DNA of 64,000 bases from Octopus sinensis (taxonomy: Eukaryota), in assembly GCF_006345805.1 (NCBI RefSeq), contig NC_043020.1, positions 19,096,001 to 19,160,000 on the forward strand, written 5' to 3'. Both the position numbers and the translations under genes were made by a program. The notes beneath the pieces were generated by a model. It searched no databases. It had not been told where the DNA came from and worked only from the letters and a program-made list of their open reading frames with translations. Below are positions 36,754-48,267 of the stretch, piece after piece; position 1 is the stretch's first letter, and every line of letters starts with the position of its first letter.

Positions 36754-37678
36754 TAGTAATACCTTAGTTTACAAGATCCTGGGTTTAAGATCCAAATTTT
36801 GAACAAAGTGCAAAAGTTTCTACTACCATAACAAATGTTTCTGCATGCTACCGAGAAATTTAATAGAGTGAAAAAAATGCTTCTTCTAAGCAAACAACTC
36901 TAGACTTGTTTTTTAGTCCGTCTACGAGTGCTTGTGAATTGGCAACTACATCTACAAATAACGGTGTGTACGAGTCTAGTGTGAGTGAATGTGATTCTGA
37001 AAATGATTATGATAATAATATTTTTATTATAAAAGGCTGCGAGCTGGCAGAAATGTTAGCTCACCGGGCAAAATGCTTAGCAGTATTTTGTCTGTCTTTA
37101 CGTTCTGAGTTCAAATTCCGTTGAGGTTGACTTTGCCTTTTATCCTTTCAGGGTCGATAAATTAAGTACCAGTTATGCACTGGGGTCGATGTAATCGACT
37201 TAATCCGTTTGTCTGTCATTGTTTGTCCTTTCTGTGTTTAGCCCCTTCTGGGTAGTAAAGAAATAGAAATAAGTATTTCGTCTGTCCTTATATTCTGAGT
37301 TCAAATTCCATTGAGGTCGACTTTGCCTTTCATCCTTTCGGGGTCGATAAATTAATTACCAATTGTGTAATGGGGTCGATCTAATTGACTGGCACCTTCC
37401 CCAAAAATTTCAGGCCTTGTGCCTACAGAAGAAAAGAATATATTTTATTACAAATGGTCTTGACATTCTTTTTACTTTACATAAAATATTCTTTACATTC
37501 TACTGTTTTATTGCCATTTATTTACAAGTATTATAAACTTTACAGGTAAAATATTTTTCTGGGAACAAATCTCGATTTATAACATTGCTACTATGGGAAA
37601 CTCTTGCTCTACTTTACAAGTTTTCACTTCACGAGTGGTTCCCAGGAACGAATTAACTTGTAAATCGATGCATTACTG
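36754..37678. mobile_element. Tigger/pogo-like non-autonomous element interrupted by SINE family C copies (~37030-37440)
   Basis: Left TA|TAGTAATACCTTAGTTTACAAG; right end reverse complement CAGTAATGCATCGATTTACAAG; subterminal ctgggaacaaat / ggaacgaatt motifs. Confidence 0.65.
37030..37440 (+). mobile_element. SINE family C, one near-complete and one partial copy in tandem
   Basis: aaggctgcgagctggcagaaatgttagc...ctgagttcaaattcc (B-box-like)...gggtcgataaattaagtaccag. Confidence 0.85.
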
Positions 37679-37815
37679 CAGCTGATTGCTGTGGGATGGA
37701 CGAAGCAGTCAAGCCTCCATTTTCTCCCTACTTTGGTTATCGTTTAGACTCACATCAGCACTGAACAGACAAGCAGACCACATAACAAAGGTGTTTATTT
37801 TTTTTTTTCAAGTGT

Positions 37816-38215
37816 AGGCAGGTGTAGCTTTGTGGTAAGAAGTTTACTTTCTAACCACTTGCTTCTAGATTCACTTCCACCACATGAGACCTTGGGCAAG
37901 TGTCTTTACTATAGCTCTGGGCAAATCAAAGCTTTCTGGGTGGGTTTGATTGACAGGAACTAAAAGAGGTCTGTCATATATGTGTGTCTGTGTGTGTGTT
38001 CTTTTATTATTTTACTTGTTTTAGTCATTTGACTGCAGCCATGCTGGAGCACTGCCTTTAGTTGAAGAAATCAACCCCAGGTCTTATTCTTTGTAAGCCT
38101 GGTACTTATTCTATCAGTCTCTTTTGCCGAACCGCTAAGTTACAGGGATGTAAGCACACCAGCATCGGTTGTCAAGTGATGGTGGTGGAGGGGGGTAACA
38201 AAGACAGACACACAC
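37816..38215. mobile_element. SINE family A halves: 5' half (+) 37816-37985 and 3' half (-) 38003-38215
   Basis: Family A motifs in opposite orientations. Confidence 0.8.
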
Positions 38216-38289
38216 ATAAATATATATAAAATTAATATAAACTGCAGTTTGCAATGTGTCACCAAAAATGAGAATTACAAATGTCGCTA

Positions 38290-39095
38290 AATAAGCATTT
38301 TGCCGGGTGTGCTAATGATTCTGCCACCTCGCCACTGCCTTATTAATAGCAACAATGATAATAATGCTTTCAAATTTTGGTATAAGGTTAGCAATTTTGT
38401 GGGTGGGGTTACATTGACACCCCCCACCCAGTGCTCACCTGGTACCTATTTTAGCGACCTCAAAAGGATGAAAGGTAAAGTTGAACTTGGCAGAATTTAA
38501 ACTCAGAACATAGAGTAGGAACAAATGATGCTAACCATTTTATCTGGTGCAGTGATGGTTCTGCAGGCTTGCTGCCTTCAGTCTCAAATTTTCGCACAAG
38601 GCCAGCAATTTTGTGGTGGTGGGTAAGGCAATTACATCAACCCCAGTGCTCAAATGGTACTTATTTTAGTGACCCCAAAAAGACGAAGGGCAAAGTTGAC
38701 CCCTGCAGCATCTGCTAGCTCCCAGCCTTAATAATAACGGTATTAATAATAATAATAATTTCAAATTTTGACAGAAGGCCCCCAGTTTCAGGGGAGGGGT
38801 TAAGCTGATTACATTGTGCCCCGGTGTTCAACTGGTACTTATTTCATCAACCCTGAAAGAATGAAACGGACCTTAGTAGAATTTGAACTTGGTACGTAAA
38901 GACAGACGAAATACCACTAAGCATTTAACCCGGCATGCTAACGATTCTGCCAGGAATTCTTTCTAATTTTGGCATGTGGCCAGCTTTTTTGAGGGGAGGG
39001 GTAGTCAATTACATGCTCCGCGCCCCCCACCTTCACTGGTACTTCATTTTTTTGACTCTAAAAGGATGAAAGTCCAAGTTAACCTCAGTAGGTTT
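38290..39095 (-). mobile_element. Stack of about 5 partial SINE family C copies
   Basis: Repeated ggccagcaatttt...tggtacttatttt...aaagttgac...gattctgcc blocks. Confidence 0.8.
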
Positions 39096-39769
39096 TCAAC
39101 AACAACAACAACACCAATAGTAGTAGTAGTAGTAGTGGAACGAAAGCTAATATCTGTTGAGTTTTATACTTGAAATCATTTGGTCTGTTTCCTCCTACGT
39201 ATTTCAGCTGCTATCGTCTATTCACTGTCTACTTAAGTGCAATCTAGTCTTGTAATATACAGCATGTCTCCTGGTGTGTCTGATAGTGCTTATAAGAGTG
39301 TGTGTGTGTGTGTGTGTGGTGTGTATATGTCCTGTGACGACAGTGGAGGAGGTGAAGGTGTGTGTGTTTGATGATGATGTTGGTGGTGCTAGTGGCTGTA
39401 CGATAGTGTGTGTGTGTGTGTGATAGTGTGTCACTCTGATGCTGGCAATTGCAGTGTGTTTGATGATGGTGGTAATATGTGTGCCTGATAATAATGATCG
39501 TGGTAAGTCAAAGGCTTTCCAGCCATGACCACTCTGTCTTTTTCTTTCACATAGTGTTCACAATATGTGTCCTTCGTCTTTGAAGATAATAAAAGTACTC
39601 TGCATTGATTGCACATTATTATTATTGTCAGTGTTGGTGGAGGTGGTGGTAGCTATATTAATAGTATTGGCAGTGGCTACATTTGTTGTTGTTGTTGTTG
39701 GTTTAGCCCCAGCCAACCCAGCAGACCACTGATAAAGTTGATTCTAGCTCAGCTTTGGATCAACCTAAA

Positions 39770-39975
39770 TATTGGTTTCAAATTTTGGCACAAAGCCAGC
39801 AAGTTTAGAGGAGGAGATGAGTCGATTACCTCAACCCCAGAGTTCAACTGGTACCTATTTAATTGACCCCCAAGGGCAAAGTCATCCTCAGCTGAATTTG
39901 AACCCAGAACATTAAGATGAACGAAATACCAATAAGCATTTTGCCCAGTGTGCTCAACAGTTCCATCAGCTCAAT
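39770..39975 (-). mobile_element. SINE family C copy
   Basis: ttcaaattttggcacaaagccagc...ggcaaagtcatcctcagctgaatttgaacccagaac...aagcattttgccc. Confidence 0.78.
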
Positions 39976-40355
39976 GCTTTGGGTAAACCTAAAGGTTTGA
40001 TTGATAGGTAAAATTTGATTGATGGAAACTGACTGAGGCAAGGTTACCATTGTTGTTGGATGCTAGGCTAAATCTGATAATTTAACACCACCGCCACCAC
40101 TACTACTTATTCGTTCAATGTATATGGTGCAGTGTTTCTGAAAGTGGAAAATACCAGATCTCTTCTCCCCACTGTCCAAATAGGAGTGAAATTGTTGACA
40201 TGCCACACCCCTCTCTTATATAATGTGTAAAAAAAAACTATGTTTACTACTAAATAGGTGCAGGTATGGCTGAGTGGTTAAGAAGCTTGCTTTTGCAACT
40301 GCATGGTTTTGGTGTTCAATCCTTGTGTGAAACCTATAGTCATTTTTATATTATA

Positions 40356-40901
40356 CTAGTTTAAAAGCCATACTCTGTGTGGACTTCTAAGTTAGCTCCT
40401 GCAGAAGGCTAATTGGGCCTGTGGCCAAAAATTAAACAGAGCTAAGTAGCATGACTATAATATGCCTATAACGGCCATATGCCCCGGTGGTGTTTAATCA
40501 GAAGTTAAGGGTGGATGAGAATTAATTCTGTAATGCAGTCATTCTATTGTTCCAGTCCTATGTTGAATTCCAACTGTTGGCCAGTTTGTCCCAAAGTTCT
40601 TATCTCGACCTAAAATTAAAGAAGCGAATGCCATTCATCTCCCCCTTGACCGCTGACGTTATCTGACAAATACCAACCAAGATGGTGTGAATCAGCCAAG
40701 TTTTACCTGCTAGAAATAGCAGCCCAAATGCATTTTAATCAGATTCCAATGCTGGATGTTCCAGAACTAAATGAAGGGCAGATTTTCAATCCCAGGATCA
40801 CCCTGCTTTCAAAAAGGTATAATATGTTTTTATAGAGGAAATATAGACAGAAATCAGGGGTCACAAATGGACAGACAGAATTTCACATTTATTATTATAG
40901 A
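40356..40901 (-). mobile_element. Non-autonomous Helitron (546 bp)
   Basis: Minus 5' end TCTATAATAATAAATGTGAAATTCTGTCTGTCC; 3' hairpin CCACACAGAGTATGG then TTTTAAACTAG|T. Confidence 0.75.
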
Positions 40902-41849
40902 CGTAACATCAATAATGGTTCATCGCTTGTGAAGTGTCTACCGTCATTTGGAACTGCATTTGATTCCAAAAGAAGGGTTTCTGTATATATTATTTTGGGT
41001 CCATTTCTGTGTTCTTTATCATAACCACCTCTTTGTTGTATTCAAGGCCTTTGTTGTTATTGTAGAAATATTGTATTGCCCAAAATATATTGGGAACGTG
41101 CAACATAGAAGTCAATTCCTGCTTTCAAACTTTGTATTCATGTTTCTGTGTTCGTGTGTGTATGTATCTATGTATCTGCAATGTGTGCGTTTATGTAATT
41201 GCGTGGTGGGCATTTGTTGTCTATATTTAGGAGTAACTTGACTGTCATGCTTCACCAAACCTGACTCATACATGTTGTGGTTGTTTTATTATTATATTTC
41301 TATGAAACTGATATTATCAGAGCTGCAGGGTGAAAGAAAGGATGATGATGATGATGATGACGATGACGATGTAAGTGATGGTGATGTTGATGATGATGAT
41401 GAAAGTGATGATAACAAAAGTCATGATGATAATAATGATGATTGGTTATCCATTCCCCCCACCAGTTCCGTCCGGGCTGGGAAGGGTGTGTTTGTGGTCT
41501 TCATTCTACTGTGCGTCCTGGCCTCCCCCTACCCACCCATTTCGAGTTTGAGTAATGAGCCATATGGTTTCCAATGCTTCAACCTGCCCCCCCCCACCCT
41601 CCCAAACACACACACATACATATTGAAATGTTAGATTACGCTCTGTTCCTCTGCGTCACCTTTCTCATCCAACTGATCTTCCGGACAACAAAATAGGTTC
41701 CTCTCATTTATTGTGCAAAATTGATTTATATGCAGATGTGAGATACCCCAAACTACTGTATTATATAATATAGACATAGACACACACACACACACACACA
41801 CACATTTATATATACTTATGTATGCATAAATATATATGTGTGTGCATGT

Positions 41850-42900
41850 GTGACAGGCTTCTTTCAGTTTTCATCTACCAAATCCACTCACAGGCTTTGG
41901 TCAGCCTGAGGCTATAGTAGAAGACACTTGCCTTAGGTTCCATGCAGTGGGACTGAACCCAGAACGATGTGGTTTGGAAGCAAGCTTCTTATCATACAGC
42001 CACGTCTGCATCCATATATTTATGTTTTATCTTTCACTTGTTTCAGTCATTGGACTGCAGCCATCCCAGGTCACTGCCTTGAGGCATTTAGTCTGGTACT
42101 TATTCAGTCAGTCTCTTTTGTTGAACCTCTAAGTGGTGGGGACACAAACAGATCAACACCATTATCAAGCAGTGGTGGGGGAGGAATACAACACCACACA
42201 CACAATGGGCTTCTTTCAGTTTCTGTCTACCAAATCCACTTACAAGGCTTTGGTTGGCCCAATAGAAGACACCTGCCTATGGTGTCTTGTAGTGGAACTG
42301 AATCTGGAGCCATATGGTCCTTACCACACCTACATATATGCCTGTGCCTACATATATATATGTATGTATGTATGTACGTATGTATGTACATATGTACATA
42401 CATACATCTTAGGGAAATACATAGGCTTGGAAAAAGATTTTATACATACATACGTACGTACATATGTGTGTATAAAATTTTTTCCTATGCCTATGTATTT
42501 CCTTAAGGTGTTCTTTACCTTAAAACTACAGGTCCTTTAATTTCTCTCTCTCTCTCTCGCACACATATATAATGGGCTTCTTTCAGTTTTTTTTTAAACC
42601 TGGTATTTTATTCTATTGATCTCTTTTGCTGCACTGCTAAGTTATATAGGTATAAACACACCAACTCCAGTTGTCAAGTGGTAGTGGGAGACAAACACAT
42701 ACGTTCTGGGTTCAGTCCCACTGCATGGAACCTAGGGCAAGTGTCTTCTATTATAGCCTCAAATCCATTCATAAGGCTTTGGTCAGCCCAGGGCTTTAGT
42801 AGAAAACTCTTGCCCGAATTGCCACACAGTGGGACTGAACCCAGAAGCATATAGTTGAGAGGCAAGCTTCTTAGCACACAGCCACACCTATGCCTACATG
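41850..42900. mobile_element. Cluster of fragmented SINE family A copies, mostly minus strand
   Basis: Repeated ggcttctttcagttt...ctaccaaatccact, gacacttgcc, gggactgaaccc motifs. Confidence 0.8.
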
Positions 42901-43409
42901 TATGTGCATATAAAATCATTCGTTACTCTCACTTGCTTTCAAGGGTGACTCAAAGATTTAAAGTTCAATCCTGATGCATTTGCTAGAGATGTTCCTAGAC
43001 TTGGAAACTGCCAGGCCTTGAATCTCTCCCTCGGCAAACTCGGCTAATAAAAGAGTATACAGACTCTGCTTTACACATGGACGTCTCTCTCTTTCCCCGT
43101 TTGTAAGCGTTAAATGTACCTATACATAATAGCATGCCTATATGGAGCACACAATAGCTTGGCAAATATGGATACGAATGTAATATTCAATTAAAAGGAC
43201 ACAGCATCTGCCGGAAATGTCAAATAGTATAACAAGCGCACACACACACACACATGCTTTCTCTCTCAAAGTTGCGCATTGTGACATACAAATATACAGA
43301 AACAAGCATTATATCATAATGCACAGACACACACATAGGTGTCATAGATGCATAAATACACATGTAAAATATGAATATAATATATTAAGCATATATTTGT
43401 GTGTGTGCT

Positions 43410-43458
<49 letters not shown>

Positions 43459-44027
43459 GTATATATATATAAACACATACAAATACATACTTACACTCAA
43501 TCACACATGCATGTTTACTGATTCTGTTGTTGTTCTTGCTATTGTCACCCATAAATAGATACGCACACACACACACATACACACACACATGCACACACAC
43601 TGAAGTCATCGGACATAAAAATCTCGCTGAAGGAGGTTTTTGTCCTTGGCAAAAATAATCCTTAGATTTTCTGTTGCTGCCATGTTTGGCTTGTCAGTTG
43701 TTTCTAGGGTTTCTTTCTTGGGAAAATGTTATTCTTCGATGTCACAATGTGAATGTTAAGCATGGAATGGTTGAGAAAGTGAGAGAGAGAGAGAGAAAGA
43801 AAGGGGGAGGGTCGAGAGAGGGAGGGATGGGGTGAGTTGATTCATGTCAGAAGGATGATTAACTCTTTATAAAACTACCTTTCTTCCTGTTTATTGTTGT
43901 TGTTGTTATTGCTGTAGTTTAGCCTCAGGTTGACCTTAATCTGACTGATGATAAAGGGTATTCCAACCATGACCATCCTGTTTTTCTTTTTGGTGTAGTT
44001 ATCTGAGTTAAGAGGTATTTTATATAT

Positions 44028-44382
44028 TTTATCTTTTACTTGTTTCAGTCATTAGACTGCGGCCATGCTGGGGCACTGCCTTGAGAAATTCTTAGTTGAA
44101 GGAATTGATCCCAGTACTTATTTTTTGTAAAGCCTGCTGCTAGTTCCATTGGTCTATTTTGCTGAACCGCTAAGTTATAGGGACATAGACACACTAACAC
44201 CTGTTGTCAAATGGTGGTGGAGGACAAACATAGGCACAGATACACACACACATGATGGGGTTCTTTTAGTTTCCATCTACCAGATCCACTCACACTTGAC
44301 CAAGGTGCCATGCAATGGAACTGAACCTGGAACCATGTGACTGGAAAGCAAAGCTTCTTATCACACAGCTATGCCTGTGCCT
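44028..44382 (-). mobile_element. SINE family A copy with internal deletion
   Basis: ttttacttgtttcagtcattagactgcggccatgctgg...ggaactgaacctggaaccatg. Confidence 0.82.
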
Positions 44383-44619
44383 TCATTCTCTAAGTTTGTC
44401 AAATGTGACTTTGAGGGGGATTCAGCTGCTGTTTTTTGCAATTTGCACTGATCATGTTGCCATTCCCTTCTTGCTCATTGCATTTCTTACTGTTATTGTC
44501 ATTATTGTTATCATTTAGTGTCAAGTCAGCCATAAACTTAACGACCTGTCTCAAAAGACATCCCAGCCATGACCAAATATAACAGTCATTGGAGTTTGGT
44601 AATCCCTTTTAACTTATAT

Positions 44620-44725
44620 AAATATTTATCCCCACTTAAACCTGGATGTTCTGTTAGATGTTCTGTTAGAACAAACTATACTGTGGTAGATATCATGAGA
44701 GAAACTCTCACATTGGTTTTTGGTG
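44620..44725 (+). mobile_element. Solo arm of the 2878-3218 foldback family
   Basis: aaatatttatccccacttaaacctggatgttctgttag(atgttctgttag)aacaaactatactgtggtagatatcatgagagaaactctc. Confidence 0.7.
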
Positions 44726-45544
44726 CATATAAACAGTCCAGGGTGGAGAATTCCACAATTATTAGAATGGTAGATGAAATGTCTTGTGACAGTTTTTGTT
44801 CTCAGTTTTTGTGTTATGAGTTCTTCGGTGCCAGATCTAATCCATTGCCCAGTTTAACTTGGTCTTCGGGTACCTTTTGTAGAATTCACTCTGTTACAAT
44901 TATTTAGGTTAGATTTCAATCTTGAAATATCTGGGCCATTGGTCTTCTATCTTTGACTGAACAGTAAAAAAGCCAACTAACTCTGTAAAGTGGATGATGT
45001 ATGAATAGAGACAGTACAGGTTAGAGAAGAGCTGTTTGGTGTTGTTGAATATGTGGCAACCTCTCTAGTGCTGGTGCCATGATAAAATGTCCTCAGTACA
45101 AGTGGTTGGTGTTGGGAAGAGCATCAGGCCATAGAAATCATGCCAAAAATGAAATATGTGAGCAAGAAAAGGTTCTCCGACTTGTCAAAGAAGACTCTCT
45201 CAATAAGATTTGATTCAGGCTGTGATGGCCATCCAACACATGTTAGCTTGAAAACTCAACAACAAATGATGGTAGTTGTGGTAGTGCTAGTGGTGGTGGT
45301 GGTGGTGGTATTGGCAGTGGTGATGATAATGACCATTCCTTTTTGTAGCAGTTCATTACGGATGACTTGAAGAAATTTCAGTTTCACAAAATAGCAATAG
45401 ACGAAAGCCTCACCTTTGAATCAATTCATATATATTGAATAAATACTATTATATTACATTGATAAGGTTTTTTTTTATATTTGTTTCTAATACCAAATAC
45501 ATAAATATACATGTGTGTATGTATATTTGTGTGAGTTTGTGTGC

Positions 45545-45750
45545 GCCATGATAGATTGTTAGCTCCTACACGTATTTTTTCTCTCCTTGTTTCTCTCCTT
45601 GTTTTTTTTCTGTGTATCTTTCTGTCAAAGAGCATAGGCTCGAAACGTAAAAGACTTTTTCTATTTCTTTTCCTGAGCGATGTACTAATACATTTGTTTG
45701 TTTGTACTCCACCTGCCTTCATCTTTTGTTTATTTTCGTAAACTTTCCCG

Positions 45751-45752
<2 letters not shown>
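45545..45752 (+). mobile_element. Hammerhead-like repeat family 2, plus-strand copy
   Basis: ...ctgagcg...taatacatttgtttgtttgtactccacctgccttcatcttttgttt...then (TA)n; homologous to 25991-26155. Confidence 0.7.
45617..45654 (+). ncRNA. Hammerhead-like motif with variant core
   Basis: TCTTT-CTGTCAA-A-GAGC-ATAG-GCTC-GAAA-CGT-A-AAAGA: 5-bp stem I, 4-bp stem II, palindromic ACGT stem III; U6 and A8. Confidence 0.6.
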
Positions 45753-45799
<47 letters not shown>

Positions 45800-46207
45800 C
45801 ATATATTAGATAAGGCATAAATAATGGTCATTGCATATATTTCTTTATTGTAGTAAATTCGACTTACATCTGTTTCCAGTAGTCATTATAAGTTCATTAT
45901 TGATTGGTTTACTCAGTTGGCCCATTAATCAGTTTAGAAAAAGTGAATGACCTAGAAAACTAATGTTACCCTCATCAAAGTCATTTCATTTTGGTGTGTG
46001 TGTATGTACACATGCACACACACTCACTTGGAGAGAGACGTAGCCTATTCTTAACCACTTCTTGTTAGATGTGCTCTTTCTGTGCATCGGCACATAAGTG
46101 GCTTTTGAGTTCCAAGAGCTTTTGAGTTCCAATTTGCTTTGTATACAGAACAATTGTTCCTCACCTGAAGTGGTTCAGTGTCAGCTGTCTTGTTTGTGGA
46201 TATTTAA

Positions 46208-46694
46208 CCCTTTAGTGTTTGGACTCTGTCAAATGTAATGCTTATTTATTCCTATCATTTTGGGTTAATCATGCATTGTCTTGTAGCTTTGTGGAGGCGC
46301 ATGGCTTAGTGGTCAGGGTGTTGAACTCATGATCGTAAGGTTGTGGTTTCGATCCCTGGACCGGGCGATGCATTTTTTTTTGAGCAAAACACTTCATTTC
46401 ATGTTGTTCCAGTCCACTCAGCTGGCAAAAATGAGTAATCCTGCGACGGATTGGCGTCCCGTCCAGGTGGGGAATTTCTACGCCACTGAAACCGGGAAAC
46501 CGGCCCTTATGTGCCTGGCATGGCTCGAGAAGGAACATTTGTTTATTTTTATCTTGTAGCTTTGAGACTTCAATGGTGTGTTTTAGTTTTAGAATGACAT
46601 TGTAGGGTAGGTGTAAGAGGTTGAATCTTGCCAGTTTGAATATGAAACAGCTGGAATATTTGATCTGGATACGGCCAGTCTAAACAATAAAGGG
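46208..46694 (+). mobile_element. Complete piggyBac-like MITE (about 214 bp without its insert)
   Basis: TTAA|CCCTTTA ... TAAAGGG|TTAA; TTAA at 46204-46207 and 46695-46698. Confidence 0.8.
46292..46551 (+). mobile_element. tRNA-headed V/Meta-type SINE inserted in the MITE with a 13-bp TSD
   Basis: TSD TCTTGTAGCTTTG at 46279-46291 and 46552-46564; A-box TGGCTTAGTGG, B-box-like GTTTCGATCCC; cctgcgacggattggcgtcccgtccag domain. Confidence 0.88.
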
Positions 46695-46810
46695 TTAAAT
46701 GCTTTTACAGACAGAAGCAAGACTTACATATTGTATTATGTGAATAGCATTTGAGGGTGTTTGGTGAAATGATCTTTGTGTCATTTGGACCAACTGTATG
46801 AAATGTGAAG

Positions 46811-47038
46811 TTTAGCCATTTAGCATTTAGACTGGCCATATCTGGTCCAAATCTTCTACCTGTTTAACATTCTAACCAGCTAGAACCAGCCTATCACACC
46901 TACCCTTCAATTCCATTCTAAAGAGATGCAATCACATCAAAAAAATTTTGAAGCTACAACATAATGAGTGATTAATTAAAATCAATGTAAATGAAAATAC
47001 ATTACATTTTACAGAATATCTTAATGCTAAAGAGTTAA
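46811..47038 (-). mobile_element. piggyBac-like MITE copy, degraded
   Basis: ttagccatttagcatttagactggccatatctgg ... aatgctaaagagttaa. Confidence 0.65.
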
Positions 47039-47109
47039 ATGGAGAAGTCTTACCACTCATAGAACAAGTGAAGGATGGCATTATTTTTGTTAAAAATAGA
47101 AGATATGCA

Positions 47110-47243
47110 TACATATATATTCACACACACATATATATATATATATACACATATGCACACACATTCTTATATATATATGTCTATATATACATACACACAG
47201 ACAGACAGACACACACTCATACACACATATACATACATATGTA

Positions 47244-47295
<52 letters not shown>

Positions 47296-47500
47296 TATGC
47301 ATTCATATACATATATGTATGTAAACGTGTGTGTGTATATATATATATATATAATATATATATATATATCATATATGTGTGCGTGTGTGTGTATATATAT
47401 ATATATACACATATGCATTCATATATATATATGTATGTGAACATGTGTGTGTGTATATCTATCATATATATATATATGTGTGTGTATATATAAATATACA
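47110..47500. repeat. Compound (AT)n/(CA)n/(GT)n microsatellite region
   Basis: Direct inspection. Confidence 0.9.
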
Positions 47501-47924
47501 TATACACATGCAAGCAGATATACCAGTGCACTTGTCTGTTTGTCTCCATCAGACAGTGTCAACATAGACTGTATGCACCATCCCAGTCTATTAAATATTT
47601 TAATTAATTCATTTAAAAATAAAAAAAAAACCTGCAGTCTTTTAAAAGAATAGTCGTTAAAATCTATCATGGATTATGATATTAGAATCAGGAGTGTTAG
47701 ACATTCATGTATTGCAGACTTGCTGGTGCCACAGACTGTAATCTTTGAACTTACAGGGTGTAACAGATTTATATGATATACCATTTTGTAGAAGAGAGGC
47801 AGCTGAATTAGGCTACAGCTGAATTTCTCTTTTACTGGTCCCAGTTTGTTTTGGTGAAGTTGGAGCCCAGTAATAAGAATAATTCAACAGAAAAACAGAA
47901 GCAGTTGAACATTATTGGCTTGAA

Positions 47925-48177
47925 ATTTACATTATTTACATTCGACAGATATTTATCTTCATCTTGTTTGTTGTTAACACATTTTGGCTGATATACCCTC
48001 CAGCCTTCTTCAGGTGTCTTGGGGAAATTTTGAACCTGGGTTCTCATTCCTAAGGTATTTTTCAATGTTGTTATTATTATTATTATTATTGTTATTATTG
48101 TTCTGGTCACTGCTTGGAATCGAAGTTGGAATCTTGGGGTTAGTAGCCTGTGCTCTTAACCACTACACCATATGCAC
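47925..48177 (-). mobile_element. tRNA-headed SINE-like element with a hammerhead-containing tail (family 4)
   Basis: Minus strand: GTGCATATGGTGTAGTGGTTAAGAGCACAGGCTACTAACCCCAAGATTCCAACTTCGATTCC (A box TGGTGTAGTGG, degenerate B box), then (AAT)n, then GACAC-CTGAAGA-A-GGCTG-loop-CAGCC-AAAAT-GTGTT and tail. Confidence 0.75.
47976..48018 (-). ncRNA. Hammerhead motif, perfect stem II, G12A plus stem III deletion
   Basis: GACAC/GTGTT stem I, CTGAAGA-A, GGCTG/CAGCC stem II, AAAAT in place of GAAACGTT. Confidence 0.7.
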
Positions 48178-48217
48178 CTGAAGAAGGCTGGAGGGTATAT
48201 CGGCTGAAACGTTGTGT
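48174..48217 (+). ncRNA. Minimal type-I hammerhead ribozyme with intact catalytic core
   Basis: GCAC-CTGAAGA-A-GGCTG-GAGGGTATAT-CGGCT-GAAA-CGT-T-GTGT: core CUGAAGA/GAAA intact, stem II paired with two G.U wobbles, palindromic AACGTT, predicted cleavage after 48213. Confidence 0.8.
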
Positions 48218-48267
48218 TAACAACAAACAAGATGAGGACAAATATCCGTCGAACGTAAATTATGTAC
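48175..48267 (+). mobile_element. Inverted partial copy of the family-4 tail
   Basis: cacctgaagaaggctgg...caacaaacaagatgaggacaaatatccgtcgaacgtaaat is the inverted homolog of 47930-48016. Confidence 0.85.

Noticed and set aside
39431-39616. ORF MCNQCRVLL...YCEHY as a zinc-finger exon
   Set aside because: Incomplete ligand spacing, overlaps a dispersed repeat tail, and has no convincing splice sites.
48115-48177. tRNA gene (also the heads at 24735 and 46292)
   Set aside because: No acceptor-stem closure or full cloverleaf; B boxes are degenerate and the heads continue into repeat bodies, so they are SINE heads.
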